A stretch of 34,320 nt of DNA from Paraphysomonas bandaiensis (lineage: Eukaryota; Protista; Chrysophyceae): the NCBI GenBank assembly GCA_965644295.1, contig CBFFRP010000224.1, positions 1-34,320 on the forward strand, given 5' to 3'. The translations under genes and the position numbers were made by a program. Within the stretch, counting starts at the first letter, position 1; every line of letters starts with the position of its first letter. The notes beneath the pieces were generated by a model that was not told the DNA's origin, did no database searches, and saw nothing but the letters and a program-made list of their open reading frames with translations. Below, piece after piece: positions 34,256-34,320 of the stretch.

Positions 34256-34287
34256 GTACCTATAGGTACCCTACCTATAGGTAGGGT
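34256..34287. repeat. Two overlapping perfect palindromes
   Basis: GTACCTATAGGTAC (34256-34269) and ACCCTACCTATAGGTAGGGT (34268-34287). Confidence 0.85.
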
Positions 34288-34320
34288 CATTAGTAGTAGG
34301 TACTAGCAAGATATCAAACT

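Overview
Eukaryotic genomic DNA, AT-rich, with short (about 45-60 nt) GT-AG introns. It is probably a stramenopile or ochrophyte (chrysophyte-like); this is an inference. The left ~13 kb and several spacers are layered transposon sequence. The main element is a Ty3/Gypsy retrotransposon (minus strand, 456-bp 5' LTR at 4280-4735). It has a CCCH-finger Gag, an in-frame UGA gag-pol junction followed by a stem-loop, an IFDN motif in place of YxDD in RT, and no tRNA-type PBS. Its integrase is cut at 191/192 by an inverted related LTR. Also present are four relics of one Copia-type LTR family, two hAT families nested in each other, a Tc1/IS630-like pseudogene and a 5'-truncated RNase H-bearing LINE. 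Host genes are a secreted Cys-repeat/Hint (Hog) autoprocessing protein, an intronless atypical kinase, a CSC1/OSCA channel, ERH, RPS23, ARPC2, WDR82/SWD2, a p24-delta (TMED10-like) protein, a DIX-like/auxilin-type J protein with HTD instead of HPD, and a BAG-domain protein. Eight of these form four head-to-head pairs. All calls are from manual motif recognition; no database searches were run.
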